This document shows, one piece after another, positions 40,874 to 54,222 of a stretch of 64,000 nucleotides of DNA. Position 1 is the stretch's first letter, and every line of letters begins with the position of its first letter. Location: the NCBI RefSeq assembly GCF_009914755.1, contig NC_060945.1; one strand, written 5' to 3'. The translations under genes and the position numbers were made by a program. The notes under the pieces are model-generated. The model was not told the origin of the DNA and ran no database searches. It saw only the letters and a program-made list of their open reading frames with translations. The DNA is from the human T2T-CHM13v2.0 reference genome, Homo sapiens.

Positions 40874-41265
40874 ATATTAGTTTGCTAGGGTTACCATAAC
40901 AAAATACCAGAGACTGTGTAGTTTAAACAACAGAAATTTATCTTCTCACAGTTCTGGAGGCTGGTAAGTCTGAGGTCAAGTGAGATTTGGTTTCTGCTGA
41001 GGCCTCTCTCCTTGGCTGGCAGATGGCTGCCTCCTTACTGTGTCCTCACATGGCCTTTGCTCTGTGTGCTCTCATCCCTGGTGTCTAAATTTCCTCCTCT
41101 TATAAGAACATCAGTCGGATTGGATTAGGACCAACACTAACAGCCTCATTTTAACATAATCATCTCATTAAAGACCTTTTCTTCAAATACGGCTGCATTA
41201 TGGGGTCCTGGGGGTTAGGACTTCAACACATGAATTTTTTGGGAAACGTAATTCAGCACATAACA
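40874..41265 (-). mobile_element. MLT1A/B LTR
   Basis: tattagtttgctagggttaccataacaaaatacc...attcagcacataaca. Confidence 0.85.
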
Positions 41266-41279
41266 CCAATGTAATTTGT

Positions 41280-42170
41280 CCATCTGCCCGTGTTTGTTGA
41301 GCTTCTCTTAGTCATCAGCACTGAGCTAAGCACAGGTGATACCATGGAGGCAGGGTTTCTGCTTTCCTGGAGCTAACAGCCTAATGGAGTAGAAAGTCAG
41401 TTAAGAGTTATGCAGACAAAAAATGAGGTAATTGCAGATGGTGATAATTGCTGTGAAGGCAGTGAAAAGAGTATGTGGTGGAGATCAAAGGAGTGAGGGT
41501 GGGAGAAAAAGGGTGTGAAACCTGCTTCGTGTGATCCTTAGGAAACACTCCACAGAGGGACATTTTCCTCAAGGTGTGACAGGTGGCTGTGTTTAAAAAA
41601 CTGGAAGAAAGGGAGGCTGAGGCACAACAGATAAGAAGTCAAATGAGATCCTTGAAGGGGCATCAGGTGTTTGGATTTATATGGCCTTTTAGGCTTAGGG
41701 AAGAGTTGGGTATTATTTGAATTGCATTATAAAGTCCTTGAACACGTTTAAGCAAGAAAGGCATTTCTGTTTGACAACTCTTACTCTTACTGCTGTGCTG
41801 TAGCTTGGAAGGGACAGAGTAGATACAGGGATCCCATTTAAAGGGCTGTGGCTGTAGTGCAGGGCAGTAGCAACAGCAGATTGGACGAAGGTGGTAGCAG
41901 TACAGATGAGTGACATAGATAAATGTAAGATACATTTGAAGGGTAGGAATGACAAGACTTGAAGTTAGATGTGCAGAGCAAGGAGAGAATAGAACCAATG
42001 ATGACTCCCAGGTTTGAACACCTGAGATGTTAGTGCTAGTGTGAAGGAGAAAACTGGGAGGGGACACACTTACGTAAGGATCATGATTAAGAAGGGGTGT
42101 TGAGATCCAAGAGTGTAGGTTGGGTCATGTTGACTTTGTGGTGCCTATTAGGTTATCCTAGAAGAATTGT
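41280..42170 (-). mobile_element. L2 fragment
   Basis: tgctttcctggagctaacagcctaatgg...gatgactcccaggtttg...gggtcatgttgactttgtggtgcctatt. Confidence 0.72.
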
Positions 42171-42303
42171 AGACTTGTTGGTGTAGGAACATGTTATGAA
42201 GGTAAGAAAAGAAAAACTGAAGTTGGAGTAAAAATATATTCATTTACTAATGATTACTAGTGGTCCCCAGTTAAAACAGTATCTGTGAGCTTAAGTAACT
42301 TGC

Positions 42304-42737
42304 TTTTTTTTTTTTTATTATTATACTTTAAGTTCTGGGGTACATGTGCAGAACGTGTAGGTTTGTTACATAGGTATACACGTGCCATGGTGGTTTGCTG
42401 CACTCATCAACCCGTCATTTACATTAGATATTTCTCCTAATGCTATCCCTTCCCTAGTCCCCCAGCCCCTGACAGGACCTGGTGTGTGATGTTCCCCTCC
42501 CTGTGTCCATGTGTTCTCATTGTTCAACTCCCACTTATGAGTGAGAACATGGCGGTGTTGGGTTTTCTGTTCCTGTGTTAGTTTGCTGAGCATGATGGTT
42601 TCCAGCTTCATCCATGTCCCTGCAAAGGACATGAACTCATCCTTTTTTATGGATGCATATTATTCCATGGTGTATATGTGCCACATTTTCTTTATCCAGT
42701 CTGTCATTGATGGGCATTTGGGTTGGTTCCAAGTCTT
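42304..42737 (-). mobile_element. L1PA 3' end, 5'-truncated
   Basis: ttattatactttaagttctggggtacatgtgcagaacgtg...ggttggttccaagtc; TSD CTTGCTTTT at 42299 and 42735. Confidence 0.93.
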
Positions 42738-43669
42738 GCTTTTAAATTAAGGTTTGACTAAAGGTTAGGTACAGCTTTGTCTTTTTTTTTTTTTTATTTT
42801 TTCCGTAGATGTTGGACATTTATATGTGACACATTCTGGGCTTATAGGGTTTCATATTTGTGTTCCTATCTCATTTGCTGATGCTACTAGTAAAGGCAGG
42901 TTAAGGGGGCAATGTGAAGTTATTTGAAACTGAAGACTGTCATGCTAGATTTTTAGAGTGTAATAAAAGAGCAGTTTAGAACTTAAATGAAAGTGCCAAA
43001 CAAAATGCTTTTAGTGTGGCTTTGCAAATTGTAAATTTGGCAGGAATTTTAAGAAATGTTTGGTTCCTCTGGCTTTAGTAATTTAGTGAGTTTAGTGATT
43101 TAGTAAAGACTTCCCGTTAACTACTTCTTAAATATTTAATGATCTAGGCAGAATGGTAGGATGATAAAAAGTTTGCTGTTGATGAAGAAAATAAATCATT
43201 TGGCCCCAAACTATTGGAACCTGAAAAAGAATCTTGTTTTTATATAAGTTTTTCTTATTTTTAATGAAAGTAATTGTTAATGGAAAAGAGAGGTCAGGAA
43301 AATAAATTGTGCACATGAAAAGGCAAAACATATGACAGAGCATCTTATGTAAATTTGATAAAGAATTGAGTATGATTTTAAAGGTAGGAAAAAAATCAGA
43401 TTAGCTGTTTTGTCATTATCCGCCTCTTTAGAAGTTTGTTTTGCGGGAAGGATTCTATTTTCAGTGTTTAAATTGCTCCCAAGAATAAAGGAAGATTTAC
43501 CAGGAGAAGTTTATTACTAAATAGATCCGGAGAAATCTTGGTATTTACGTATACTAAAGGCTAATCTTCATTTACTCACATTAGGACAGTGATAAACAGC
43601 AGGGCATACATCTGAATTTTTTTTAAGTAGTGATTAATTTTATAGGGTGCTATGAACAAATCTTAGGCA

Positions 43670-43810
43670 TTAATTTTTTCCAATGTCTTTATTTTACTGA
43701 TGAGGAAGCTATGACCTATACAGGTGAAATGTGACTGGCCACAGCTTGTTATTGGAAAGCCTGGTTCTAACCCAGAGATTCTGACTTCTAGGCTAGTACC
43801 TTTCAACTCC
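43670..43810 (-). mobile_element. MIR
   Basis: attttactgatgaggaagct...gtgactggccacagct...ctgacttcta. Confidence 0.6.
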
Positions 43811-45185
43811 ATAAAGCTTCATTTTATAGCCTGGCATCTTCTTTTGTTAAATAACAAAACATTTTGATAGTTCCTTTGTTAAAAGTATAAGTCTGTACTT
43901 TGTTAGAAGAAAAGTATTAATTGGGTAGGAAATCAGTTACTTTTTGTTGGGTATTTTTACCATAGCTAGAAAAAGGTTTCCTAGCAAGGATATACTAGGT
44001 TTAAAGCAGACTGGGTTTCCATGTGCCTCTACTCAAACATATTGGCATCTTTTGAGTAGTACTGACACGTCTTTCCTGTTTAGCAAAGGCTTAGTTGTCC
44101 CTTATATCACACAGTTTTGCTACCACTCTCCAGAATGAGGGAAACATCTCTGACCAATATTTGGAAAGACACTTCCTGAAATATGTGAATTGAGTTTGTC
44201 ACTTTTGATTTTGTTAACATGAGTTTCAGGCTAACTATTCTGGCTGACATGTTTAAGCGAAGGGGTAAATGTTTTAGATCCCCACAAATATATTTATTTT
44301 TCTCTAACCTGTGTCTAGATAGGTTTTCAAACATTGAGGAAATAGAAACATACTGTGGAGTATATTTAATTTCTCATTAGGTACACTGTGTGCATTTCAA
44401 TAAGTTTAATATTTATTTTCATGTTTGATAGAGCAGTTTTCAAGCCCAAGCTCTTTATGGATTGTCTATGTGACATAGAAACTATACAGTATTATCAGCT
44501 GTGAATGCAGGAAGAGACCAATTCTGAAGGAGTTAAAGCAATTATGCCCAAAAATTTAAGAAAGAGAATAAAGACTATTATGGACAGCTAAAAATGTAAG
44601 AGGAAAGATGTAATACTGTAAAGCAAAATTTGGCAAATAAATATTTTTTCTCTTGCCAAAGAACCATAGGATCTTTACATCATTGTAATTGGCATTGCTA
44701 GCTTAAAGCACTATTTATTGAAATGCTGATGTAGCATTCTGCATTGACCTCAGAAGACATTTTGTTGCCTGCAGAATTGCCAATACCAGAGGTAGCCAAA
44801 ACAGTTTTTGGTTTCCATTAAAATATGGAATTGGTCTAGCATGATTAATTTGTCATGGCTGAAAAGACTAAAATTTTACAGCGACTTCATTGCAAATGAC
44901 ATTAATATTTTAGAAATGGAACCTCCATTTGATCATTGATTCTATCAAACTTTCAAGTAGTCTTACAAAGGTAGATCAACAGGAGCATATTTTGGGAGAA
45001 AAACGGAAAATCTAGTTGTCTATATTTATTTCTTAATATTTATTTTGAAAAGTTTTTTCTGCTTCATTTGAAATCAGAGTTAGTGAGAAGTACAAAGAGT
45101 TGGTAATAAATTGTACAGGAGGCAATAGATTGCTTTTCAGTTATTGCAGTTCTGAGGACTGAAAAGAAGGCAGCCTCATGTAAGA

Positions 45186-45450
45186 CTGTACCAGGATAAC
45201 TGTACTAACCACTACACATTTTCAGCACTGATTATATCTATATTTATCTCTATTTATATAACATATATAGTATGTGTGATATGACATATGATATATGACA
45301 TAAATGTGTATAATTTATATATATCACATATAAAATCACATATATCACACCTTATATGACATATATGACATGTATATATATCACATGTGAGAGTAAGATA
45401 TATATCTGTGATGCAAATGTGTAGCTGTGAGTATGGTTTTCCTGGTACAG
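45186..45450. repeat. Imperfect palindrome: 43-bp inverted arms around an AT-rich core
   Basis: 45186-45228 vs reverse complement of 45408-45450: 35/43 identical. Confidence 0.85.
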
Positions 45451-45519
45451 GCTAATATTAAGCTGTTTTCTTCTTTGTGATTTTCAGTTTTTCAGAATTG
45501 CAGTAATTCTGCTATGTTT

Positions 45520-45592
45520 ATACATCCATATATCTTTATCCATATATCCATGTATATATCCATATATCCATATACATATACAGAGAGAGAGG
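45520..45592. repeat. (CCATATAT)n-like low-complexity repeat followed by (AG)n
   Basis: atccatatatccatgtatatatccatatatccatatacatatacagagagagag. Confidence 0.8.
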
Positions 45593-45769
45593 GAGGAAGA
45601 GATCACAGAGGCAGAAAACTTAACTAACTGATGTGTGATAGAGAACCTGTTCTAATAAAATATCAAATTCAAGACCACATGCAAATTCTACAAACATTTT
45701 TTTCTCCAATTTTTTATATGGCTTATGACTGTCATACCAACTTGGCCTTAGTACATTATCCATGTTTAA

Positions 45770-46215
45770 AGCTGGATGATGTAGTAAGTTAGATATAACA
45801 AAATACTATACAGCCTTAAGAAAGAAGGAAATCTTGTCATGGATGAACCTGGAGGACATTTGCTAAGTAAAATAAGACAGGCACAGAAGGATAAATACTG
45901 TATGATTTCACCTATATGTGGAATCTACAAATGTTAAATTCATAGAAGTAGAGAGTAGAATGGTAGTTACCAGGGCATAGGGTGTAAGGATGGATAAAAA
46001 GATGTTGGTCAAAGGGTATGAAGTTTCAGTGAGACAGGAGGAATATGTTTTTGAGATCTGGAGAGTGGAATTTTAAATGTTCCCATCACAATGCTGAGTG
46101 TGTGAGATGCTGGATATATTAATTCATTTGATCTAATCATTCCACTATGTATATCAAGACATCACATTGTGCCCCACAAATATATATATAATTTTTGTAT
46201 GTCAATTAAAAAGAG
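45770..46215 (+). mobile_element. L1MA/MB 3' end
   Basis: ggatgaacctggaggacatt...catagaagtagagagtagaatggtagttaccag. Confidence 0.85.
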
Positions 46216-47399
46216 AAAAGAAAACCAGCCACTAATATCAAAACAATACTTGCTATGTCCCCGATTTCTTAACGAATTAGGCAACAAGCCTCTGTTTTTC
46301 CAGCTCATTTGTCCAGGGCTGTCACCATGACCATACTCCCAAGTAGGTGAGACTGGTCGTCCATTGATCACTCTTCTTTCACAGTTCATTGACCCTGTTT
46401 TAAATTTACTTTCTTCTCTATCCAGTTTAGATCCTAAAATCTATCCTTTTTATAACACTCAACAATAATAGACTGATTGTGGCATCTCTCCTCACTTTCC
46501 CTCCTTCCCATCCTTCCATTTTACTCACGGTGTTCCCTCCATTTCTTCATTTTGTTCTTGTTAGTTGGCAAATATGTAACTGGAACTGAAGAGCTTATAT
46601 AGAGAATTTAAATAGTAACGAAGAATGAAGAATTATGACAAAATGAACCCACCCTTATGTCCCCCTACTGAGGTTAAGAAACACCAATTCTCTTCCTCAA
46701 TTGTGTTTCCACTCTACCCTCTCCTGAGATTATCAATATCCTGACTTCGTATAAGTTATTTCCTTGCCTTTTAGTTTTGAAAACTGAGTAGCAAATGTGA
46801 ACCTGTATAAAGAAGGAGCAATCTTCCACTACTACAAAAAGCTTCCAAGTAAAAGATAGGTTGAACAGGGTTTGAGGTTCATAGTCTCATGCCTTTAGCT
46901 TCCTTGAGAACTACAGCAACCTCTCTTTGGAAAGTTAGCGACAGATCACGAGTAAAGTATGAGAAAAACAGGGCTCACCACAGTTAGCATATCCGGCAGG
47001 GCTAAAGTGTGGACTAGGTTCTATGTCTATGAAAAAAATGTGGTCAGAGAGAGTGGGGCATTGTGTTTTCTGCTTTTGAATTTCTGGTGTCATACCTGAA
47101 GCTCTCAGGGCTAAGTCAATACCAAGGTGGGGAAGAATGAACATCTTTATCTGGTCCACAGTGACAGAACATAGGGGGAGAGTAGAAATTTTATAGAATA
47201 TGTTCATAAGAATTCAAGTACCAAAAGATTCTTGGTCATCGTTACCTGAACATTCTATCCTTAGGTTAAAAAGACAGTTTAATGGTGACATGATGATATC
47301 TCTCTCTTTCTGTCTCTTTTTGTCATAATGTTTCAATTAGAATGATTGCTTTTTCTGCTGGATGTAGGGCTGGCATCTTAGGACCTTCCTTCCCATCTT

Positions 47400-48560
47400 C
47401 CCCAGAACTCTGATTTCTTTCCTGTCTTGAAGCACTATCTTAGATTTTTTTGGTTGTTTCTTGATAAAGGATTCATGGGAAGTAAAATATTTGAGACTCC
47501 TCATGTCTGAAGTTGTTTTTATTCAATCTCATACTTTAATGATCATTTGGAGGGATGTAGAAATATCACTGGCAGACCATTAACCTTCAGGATTTTGAAG
47601 GCATTTCTCCAGTGTTTATTGTTTCTTGTGTTGCTGTTTATCAAGTCATTTCAAATCTTGTTTATGTAGGTCACTTGATTTATTTATCTTTTAATAAAAG
47701 AGAAATAATTTTTTATCTTAAAATAAATTTTTATCTTAAAAATAAAGAATTATTTATCTTTTAATATCTTTTTGAAATTTGTAGAATCTTTTCTTTGTCC
47801 TCTGTGTTCTGAAAATTTACAATGATGTGCATTGGCATGGGCCTATTTTCCTTCTTTTTTTTTTTTTTGTGGTGAGTGGGGCATTCCCTAAGGTGTTATA
47901 ATTCAAAAACTTCTGTTCTTCAATTCTGGAAATATTGCTTCAGCTATATCATTAATAAGTTTCTGTTCTTTCCTTGGAGATCGTTTTGTTCCAAATGTGA
48001 GACATCCTGCACTGTACTCTTTTTTAAATTCCTCCTATTTTTCATCTCTTTAACTTCTTGGTCTACTTCTGAGAGATTTCTTCAACTTTTATCTCACATA
48101 TCTGTTGTTGTGTTTTTCCTTTCTGTTATTATGCTTTTAATCATGCTCCATGAATGTAATATCTTCTCTAATTTTTCTGAGGAGATTAATGGTAGGTATT
48201 TTATAGTTTGTTTTCTTTTCTCCTCCCCATGGTTTTTTCCTTCAAGTTGCAGGGAGTTGTTTTCCTGTTTGTTAGTTTTGTTTCTAGCTTTCATTTCAGA
48301 AGTCTTCCCCAATATCTGGTATTTCTGCTCATGATTTAGAAGAATGAAAAATCAGGTTTAGTGTTCTAAATGTATAGGTAGGGACTGCAATGTAGAGTTT
48401 TACTGTAGGATGATATGGGAGAGTCTTACACTGAGGAACTTCCATGTCATTATCTTCAGATATTTCCGCTTAAGCTAATTACAGTCTCCAGCAAATTGTG
48501 TTCCAATTTCATCCTTGAGGGTAAGATCCTGATTCCAGCATTCTGGGAGTGGAGTGGGGA
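47400..48560 (-). mobile_element. Old L1ME/HAL1-like fragment
   Basis: tttgagactcctcatgtctga...gttctgaaaatttacaatgatgtgcattgg...cttcaattctggaaa; T-rich. Confidence 0.55.
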
Positions 48561-48709
48561 AAGACGCTGAGATTTTCTGCCTTCAGCATCTAGCATTCAT
48601 GTGGCTATTTATTTTCTTTTTTATAAAATACCATACCCACTTTCTCAGGTATATTTAATCTCTCTCTCCCTCCTCTCTGTCTCTATCTGAAGTGAATAGT
48701 TTTCATCTT

Positions 48710-49040
48710 TTTTTCTATATTTTATTTTTTAGAGCAGTTTTAGGTTCATAGCAAAATTGAGCAAAAATGTACATACAGAGAGTTCCCGTATACCTCTCGA
48801 CCCCACACATTCACAGCCTCATTCCATATCAACATTCTGCCTTAGAGTGGTTTTTGTTACAATCAATGAACCTGACACATCATTATCACCCAGAGTTCAT
48901 AGTTTACATAGGGTTCACTTTTGATGATGTACATTTTATGGGTTTTGTCAAATGTATAATGACAGGTATCCACTGTTATTATATCATGCACAATGGTTTT
49001 GCTGCCCTAAAAAACCCCCTGTGCCCTGCCTATTCCATAA
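48710..49040 (-). mobile_element. L1MB/MC 3' end
   Basis: ttttagagcagttttaggttcatagcaaaattgagc...tgacacatcattatcacccagag. Confidence 0.8.
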
Positions 49041-49194
49041 TCTTCAACACATATTTAAGCTTCCTCCATTAAAAAAAATCTTATATAGCCCTGAAAGTCT
49101 GCCGCTGTATCTCTTGTCTCTTTCACAGGCAAACTTCTTCTTTTCCTTGCTTTCTTATCAACCTGCTTTAGTCTACCATTCAGCACTAGTTTTA

Positions 49195-50022
49195 ATTTTT
49201 TTCTTTAAAAAAAACTTAAAAATTGACATATAATAATTGTACATATTCATGGAGTACAAAATGATATTTTGATATATGTATATAGTTAGCAATGATTAAA
49301 TCAGGGTAATTATTACATTATCACCTCAAATATTTATTATTTCAATGTATTGAGAACTTCAAAATCCTCTTGTCTAGCTATTTGGAAAGATTCTATACAT
49401 TATTGTTAACTATAGTCATCCTACAGTTCTGTAGAACACTAGAACTTATTCCTCCTATCCATCTGTAACTTTGTATTCATTACCCAACTTCTCATTTTCC
49501 TCCCCTATCCACTATCCTTCTCACAATGAGAGATCATCTCACCAGAGTTAGAATGGCTATTAAAAAAAGACAAAAAATAACAAATACTGGTGATGATAGG
49601 GAGAAAAGGGAACTCTTATACACTGTTGATGAGAATATACATTAGTACAGCCAGATGGAAATCAGTATGGAGGTTCCTCAAAAAACCAGAAATAGAACTA
49701 CCCTATGATCCAGCCATCCAACTATTAGGTGTTTAACCAAAGGAAAGAAAATCAGTGTATCAAAGAGATAGCTGCATCCCCATGCTTATTGCAGCACTAT
49801 TCACATAGCCAAGATCTGGAATCAACCTGAGTTCATCAGCAGATGAATGGATAAAGAAAATGTGGCAATATATACACAATGGCCATAAAAAATAATGAAA
49901 TCCTGTCATTCATGGCAACACGGATGAGCTTGGAGGACATTATGTCAAGTGAAATAAGCCAGGCAGAGAGAGACAAATAAATACCACAAGTTCTCATTCA
50001 TATGTGGGAGAAAAAAGTTGAA
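49195..50022 (-). mobile_element. L1MA with 5' inversion (antisense 49195-49522, sense 49523-50022)
   Basis: Antisense 3'UTR abuts sense ORF2-end acaatgagagatcatctcacc...ttctcattcatatgtggga. Confidence 0.78.
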
Positions 50023-50371
50023 CTATTTGTGAAATATCTCTAGCTAAGGCCATTTCTGTGTCACAAAATACAAAATGGACTTTTTTTGGTTATAATCTTT
50101 CTTGGCCTTTCATGAGCTCATGAGCATCTAACATTCTCTTTCTTTGATTTTAGCCTTATGGTTTTCATTATACCTGCTATACAACTCCCTTTTTGCCTCC
50201 TTTACAGGATAATTCTCCCATAATCATTCATTAACTCAGAATGGGCAAGATTCAGTGCCTGATTGTCTTTTTCCCCTTGTTTTGTACTCTCCCAAGGCAG
50301 TCTTATCAGTGCTCCTTGCTTTAATTAGCGCCTATATGAAGACAATTTATGAAGTTACATCCCTGACCTGG

Positions 50372-50771
50372 TGTTATGGACTAAATTTTGTGTCTCCCCC
50401 AAATTCATAGGTTAAAGCCCTTATACCCTAGTGTGGCTATATTTCCAGATAGAGCCTTTAGGAAATTAATTAAGGTTAAATGAGGTTTTAAGAGTGAGAT
50501 CATGATCTGATAGGATTGGTGTTGTTATAAGAAGTGACACCGGAAAGCTGTCCCTCTCTCTCTCTGTACACACACAGAGAAAGGTCATGTGAGGACACAT
50601 GAAAGCGGCCATCTACAGGCCAGAAAGGGAGACTTTATCAGAAACCAAATTTGCCATCAAACCTTGATTATGAACTCCTGGGCTCCAGAGGTTTGGGGAA
50701 AAATAATGTCTGTTTTTTTAAACTGTCCAGTCTGTGGTATTTTGTTATGGCAGCCTGAGCAGACCAGCAAA
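50372..50771 (+). mobile_element. MLT1A-like solo LTR
   Basis: tgttatggactaaatt...ttatggcagcctgagcagac; perfect TSD CCTGG. Confidence 0.85.
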
Positions 50772-50873
50772 CCTGGTCATCAAATGGGGCGAAGAGCCTT
50801 TATTCAGATGTCAGCTTTTTCATTTGTATCCTTAAAAGGTCCATCTAACTGCCTAAAACTCAAACTCATGATC

Positions 50874-51184
50874 TTTTTTTTTTTTTTTTCCAACTTTTAT
50901 TAAGTTCTGGGGTTACATATGCAGGATGTGCAGGTTTGTTACATGGGTAAACGTGCTGCACAGATCAACCCATCACCTTGGTATTAAGCCCAGCATCCAT
51001 TAGCTATTCTTCCTGATGCTCTCCCTCCCCAGCACCCCCAATAGGGCCCAGTGTGAGTTGTTCCCCCTGACGTGTCTGTGTATTCTCATCATTCAGCTCT
51101 GTTAGCCTCACCAAACTGACATAGGAACAGAAAACCAAACACGGCATGTTCTCACTTATAAGCGGGGAGTGAACAATGAGAACA
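50874..51184 (-). mobile_element. Short L1PA with 5' inversion (antisense 50874-51098, sense 51099-51184)
   Basis: Poly-T plus antisense 3'UTR, then sense gaacagaaaaccaaacacggcatgttctcacttataag; TSD CAAACTCA(T)GAT. Confidence 0.85.
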
Positions 51185-51548
51185 AACTCAGATTTTACAC
51201 TTTGCTGTTCATTCTCAATTTGCAGAACCTGGTTTCTTTCCAATATTCTTTTTCTCTGTTAATGACACTCCCTTCTGTAATCTGAGTCAGAGCCCTAGGA
51301 GTCATTCTTGACACCTCCCTCTTTTCTTCACCCCACATTCCGTTCATTATTCCACTGACCCATTATCTTTTACTTTCTTAAGATTTTTAAAATCTGTCCA
51401 CATTTCTCCTTCCCCATTTCAAACACTTTCTTCCAAGGTGCCATCATTTATTTGATGTGGAAGTCCCCCCACTGATCGCTTCGTATCAATTTTTGCCTCC
51501 TTCTAACCAGTTCTCTCCTGAAGCCACGGGGACACCTTTAAAATGTCA

Positions 51549-51853
<305 letters not shown>

Positions 51854-53635
51854 AAAATTATCAAACTCCTCAAATACCTTAATCTAGAGGTAGTGATGCT
51901 CCAGGAAACTGGAAGCCTGGATATAGTACCCATCAGGGCAGTCCACAGACCAAGGCATGGCAGCTGAATTCATGCTGAATCATCATAAATAGGAATATAC
52001 ATTAATCAAAAGCAGAAAAACTGGGAATTTGAAGACCTAGGTACCTCTGAAGCTCAGGCCATACAGTAGTAAATCTTACTCCTCGGACCAAAAAAAAAAA
52101 AAAGAAAGCAAGCAGAAAAGGGAGTTTGTTGTTACCAAGGTTGATTAAACTGTTTGTTGATGAAGAAACCTCTGAAATGGAGTCAACTTGTTTCTGTGTC
52201 TGTGCTTCAGAGACTCACCTGAGGGGTAAGTCTGTGAAAAGAGATAATAGCTTATTCACTACAGGGTCAAGCGACTAGGAAAGATAGTAAACAACTACCA
52301 TAAATGAGTGTCATAGGGAAGAAATCTCCGAAGCTCGGTGTCAGGTTTCAGGTGTTCCAGCGTTGTATTTCCCACAGTAAGAACTATAATGACCAAAAGA
52401 AGTGAGGCCGAAGTTCTTTCAGGTACAAAATGAGACGCAAATAACATTTCTGTGGCTAAGTCAGTCATTTCTTCATTTTGGGTACTATAACTAGGAGAAC
52501 AACTAAATTGGCAAAGGAAGCTGCAGGAATGGACTGAGAAGGTAGATACTAACACTATGCCAGAAAGCGAAAAGCAAATTCCTTTTCAGCAGCAACCATC
52601 TCAAAATGTGTATTTGTGGAAATCCATGGTTCAGACGCTTAGCAAATTTCTGAACTTCGGAAGTTCAGGATGACTTTGATGATAAGTCCTTCAATGGAAA
52701 CTGACAGGAAATACTAGCTGTACAAATATATATAAGCAGTAATGTAAGGGAAAAAAACTAAATATTATGTCTCATAGGAAAATAACAAAGCACTTGAGTT
52801 TAGATGAAGAGGCTGAATAACTGATAGATGACAGAGATGAAATGAATGAAAATATTTCTCAAGGAACAGTCATTCTCAAGGGAAAGTCATTGTCAATTTC
52901 AGTACTGTATCCTTTACAAATAATGTCTCAAAGACAATCAAACTCAAAATAGCAAAATTATGGTAGAGCCCTTAAATATGGGTCTAGAGACTATAATGAT
53001 ATCTTTAGCCCAAACAATTGCACTTGTCAACATGGATGGGAGGAAAACAGAGGGAACACCAACAAAAGACTCTCCACAATTTCGTGGTGGTGGTGGCAAT
53101 GATGATGATGAAGATGAATGCAAAAGTAGGCATCAGCAAAGATATTGCCATCTGAGAGATCGAGATTTTGAATGTGATACTCAACTATGCAAGTTTAAAC
53201 TTGACACAACTTGGGATAAAGGTGATTCTGTTTTATTGGTTCTCAGCAGCTGTGTAAGTGAGTTATCTGAAACAATGAAAATGACAAAGATACAGTGTTT
53301 TGCAGAAAATAGTCATCAAAAAGTCCTTGAATATAGACTCATCGGATAAGATGCCATGTGACATTGTATTGTTTGCAATTGATGTAAGGCCTGGATTAAA
53401 TCTGGTTAGGAGACATAGAAGACAAGGCAAGTGAAGTTGCCATAGAGCAACAGATAGGAGAATAGGAGGAAGAATATAAAAAGTAAAGAACCACCAGACA
53501 GTAAAAAGGGATAAAGTACGTGAGTTCAGTGACAAGACTAACCAAGAAGCACAAAGTTTAAACTTTTGAGAATGACAGGCAACAGCCCAGACCTTAATTT
53601 GAGTATTGCTGAGCTTTGAGGTTGGAATATTAATT

Positions 53636-54222
<587 letters not shown>

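Noticed and set aside
42809-42899. Possible exon after a strong poly-T acceptor (ttccgtag)
   Set aside because: Donor CAG|GTTAAG is weak, the peptide is unrecognised and the T-run may be a simple homopolymer
47876-48334. 152-aa hydrophobic ORF resembling a membrane protein
   Set aside because: T-rich antisense L1/HAL1 sequence yields F/L/S-rich ORFs by composition
52960-53349. 129-aa ORF as a real gene
   Set aside because: Residual frame of the DNTTIP2 retrocopy, surrounded by stops and frameshifts
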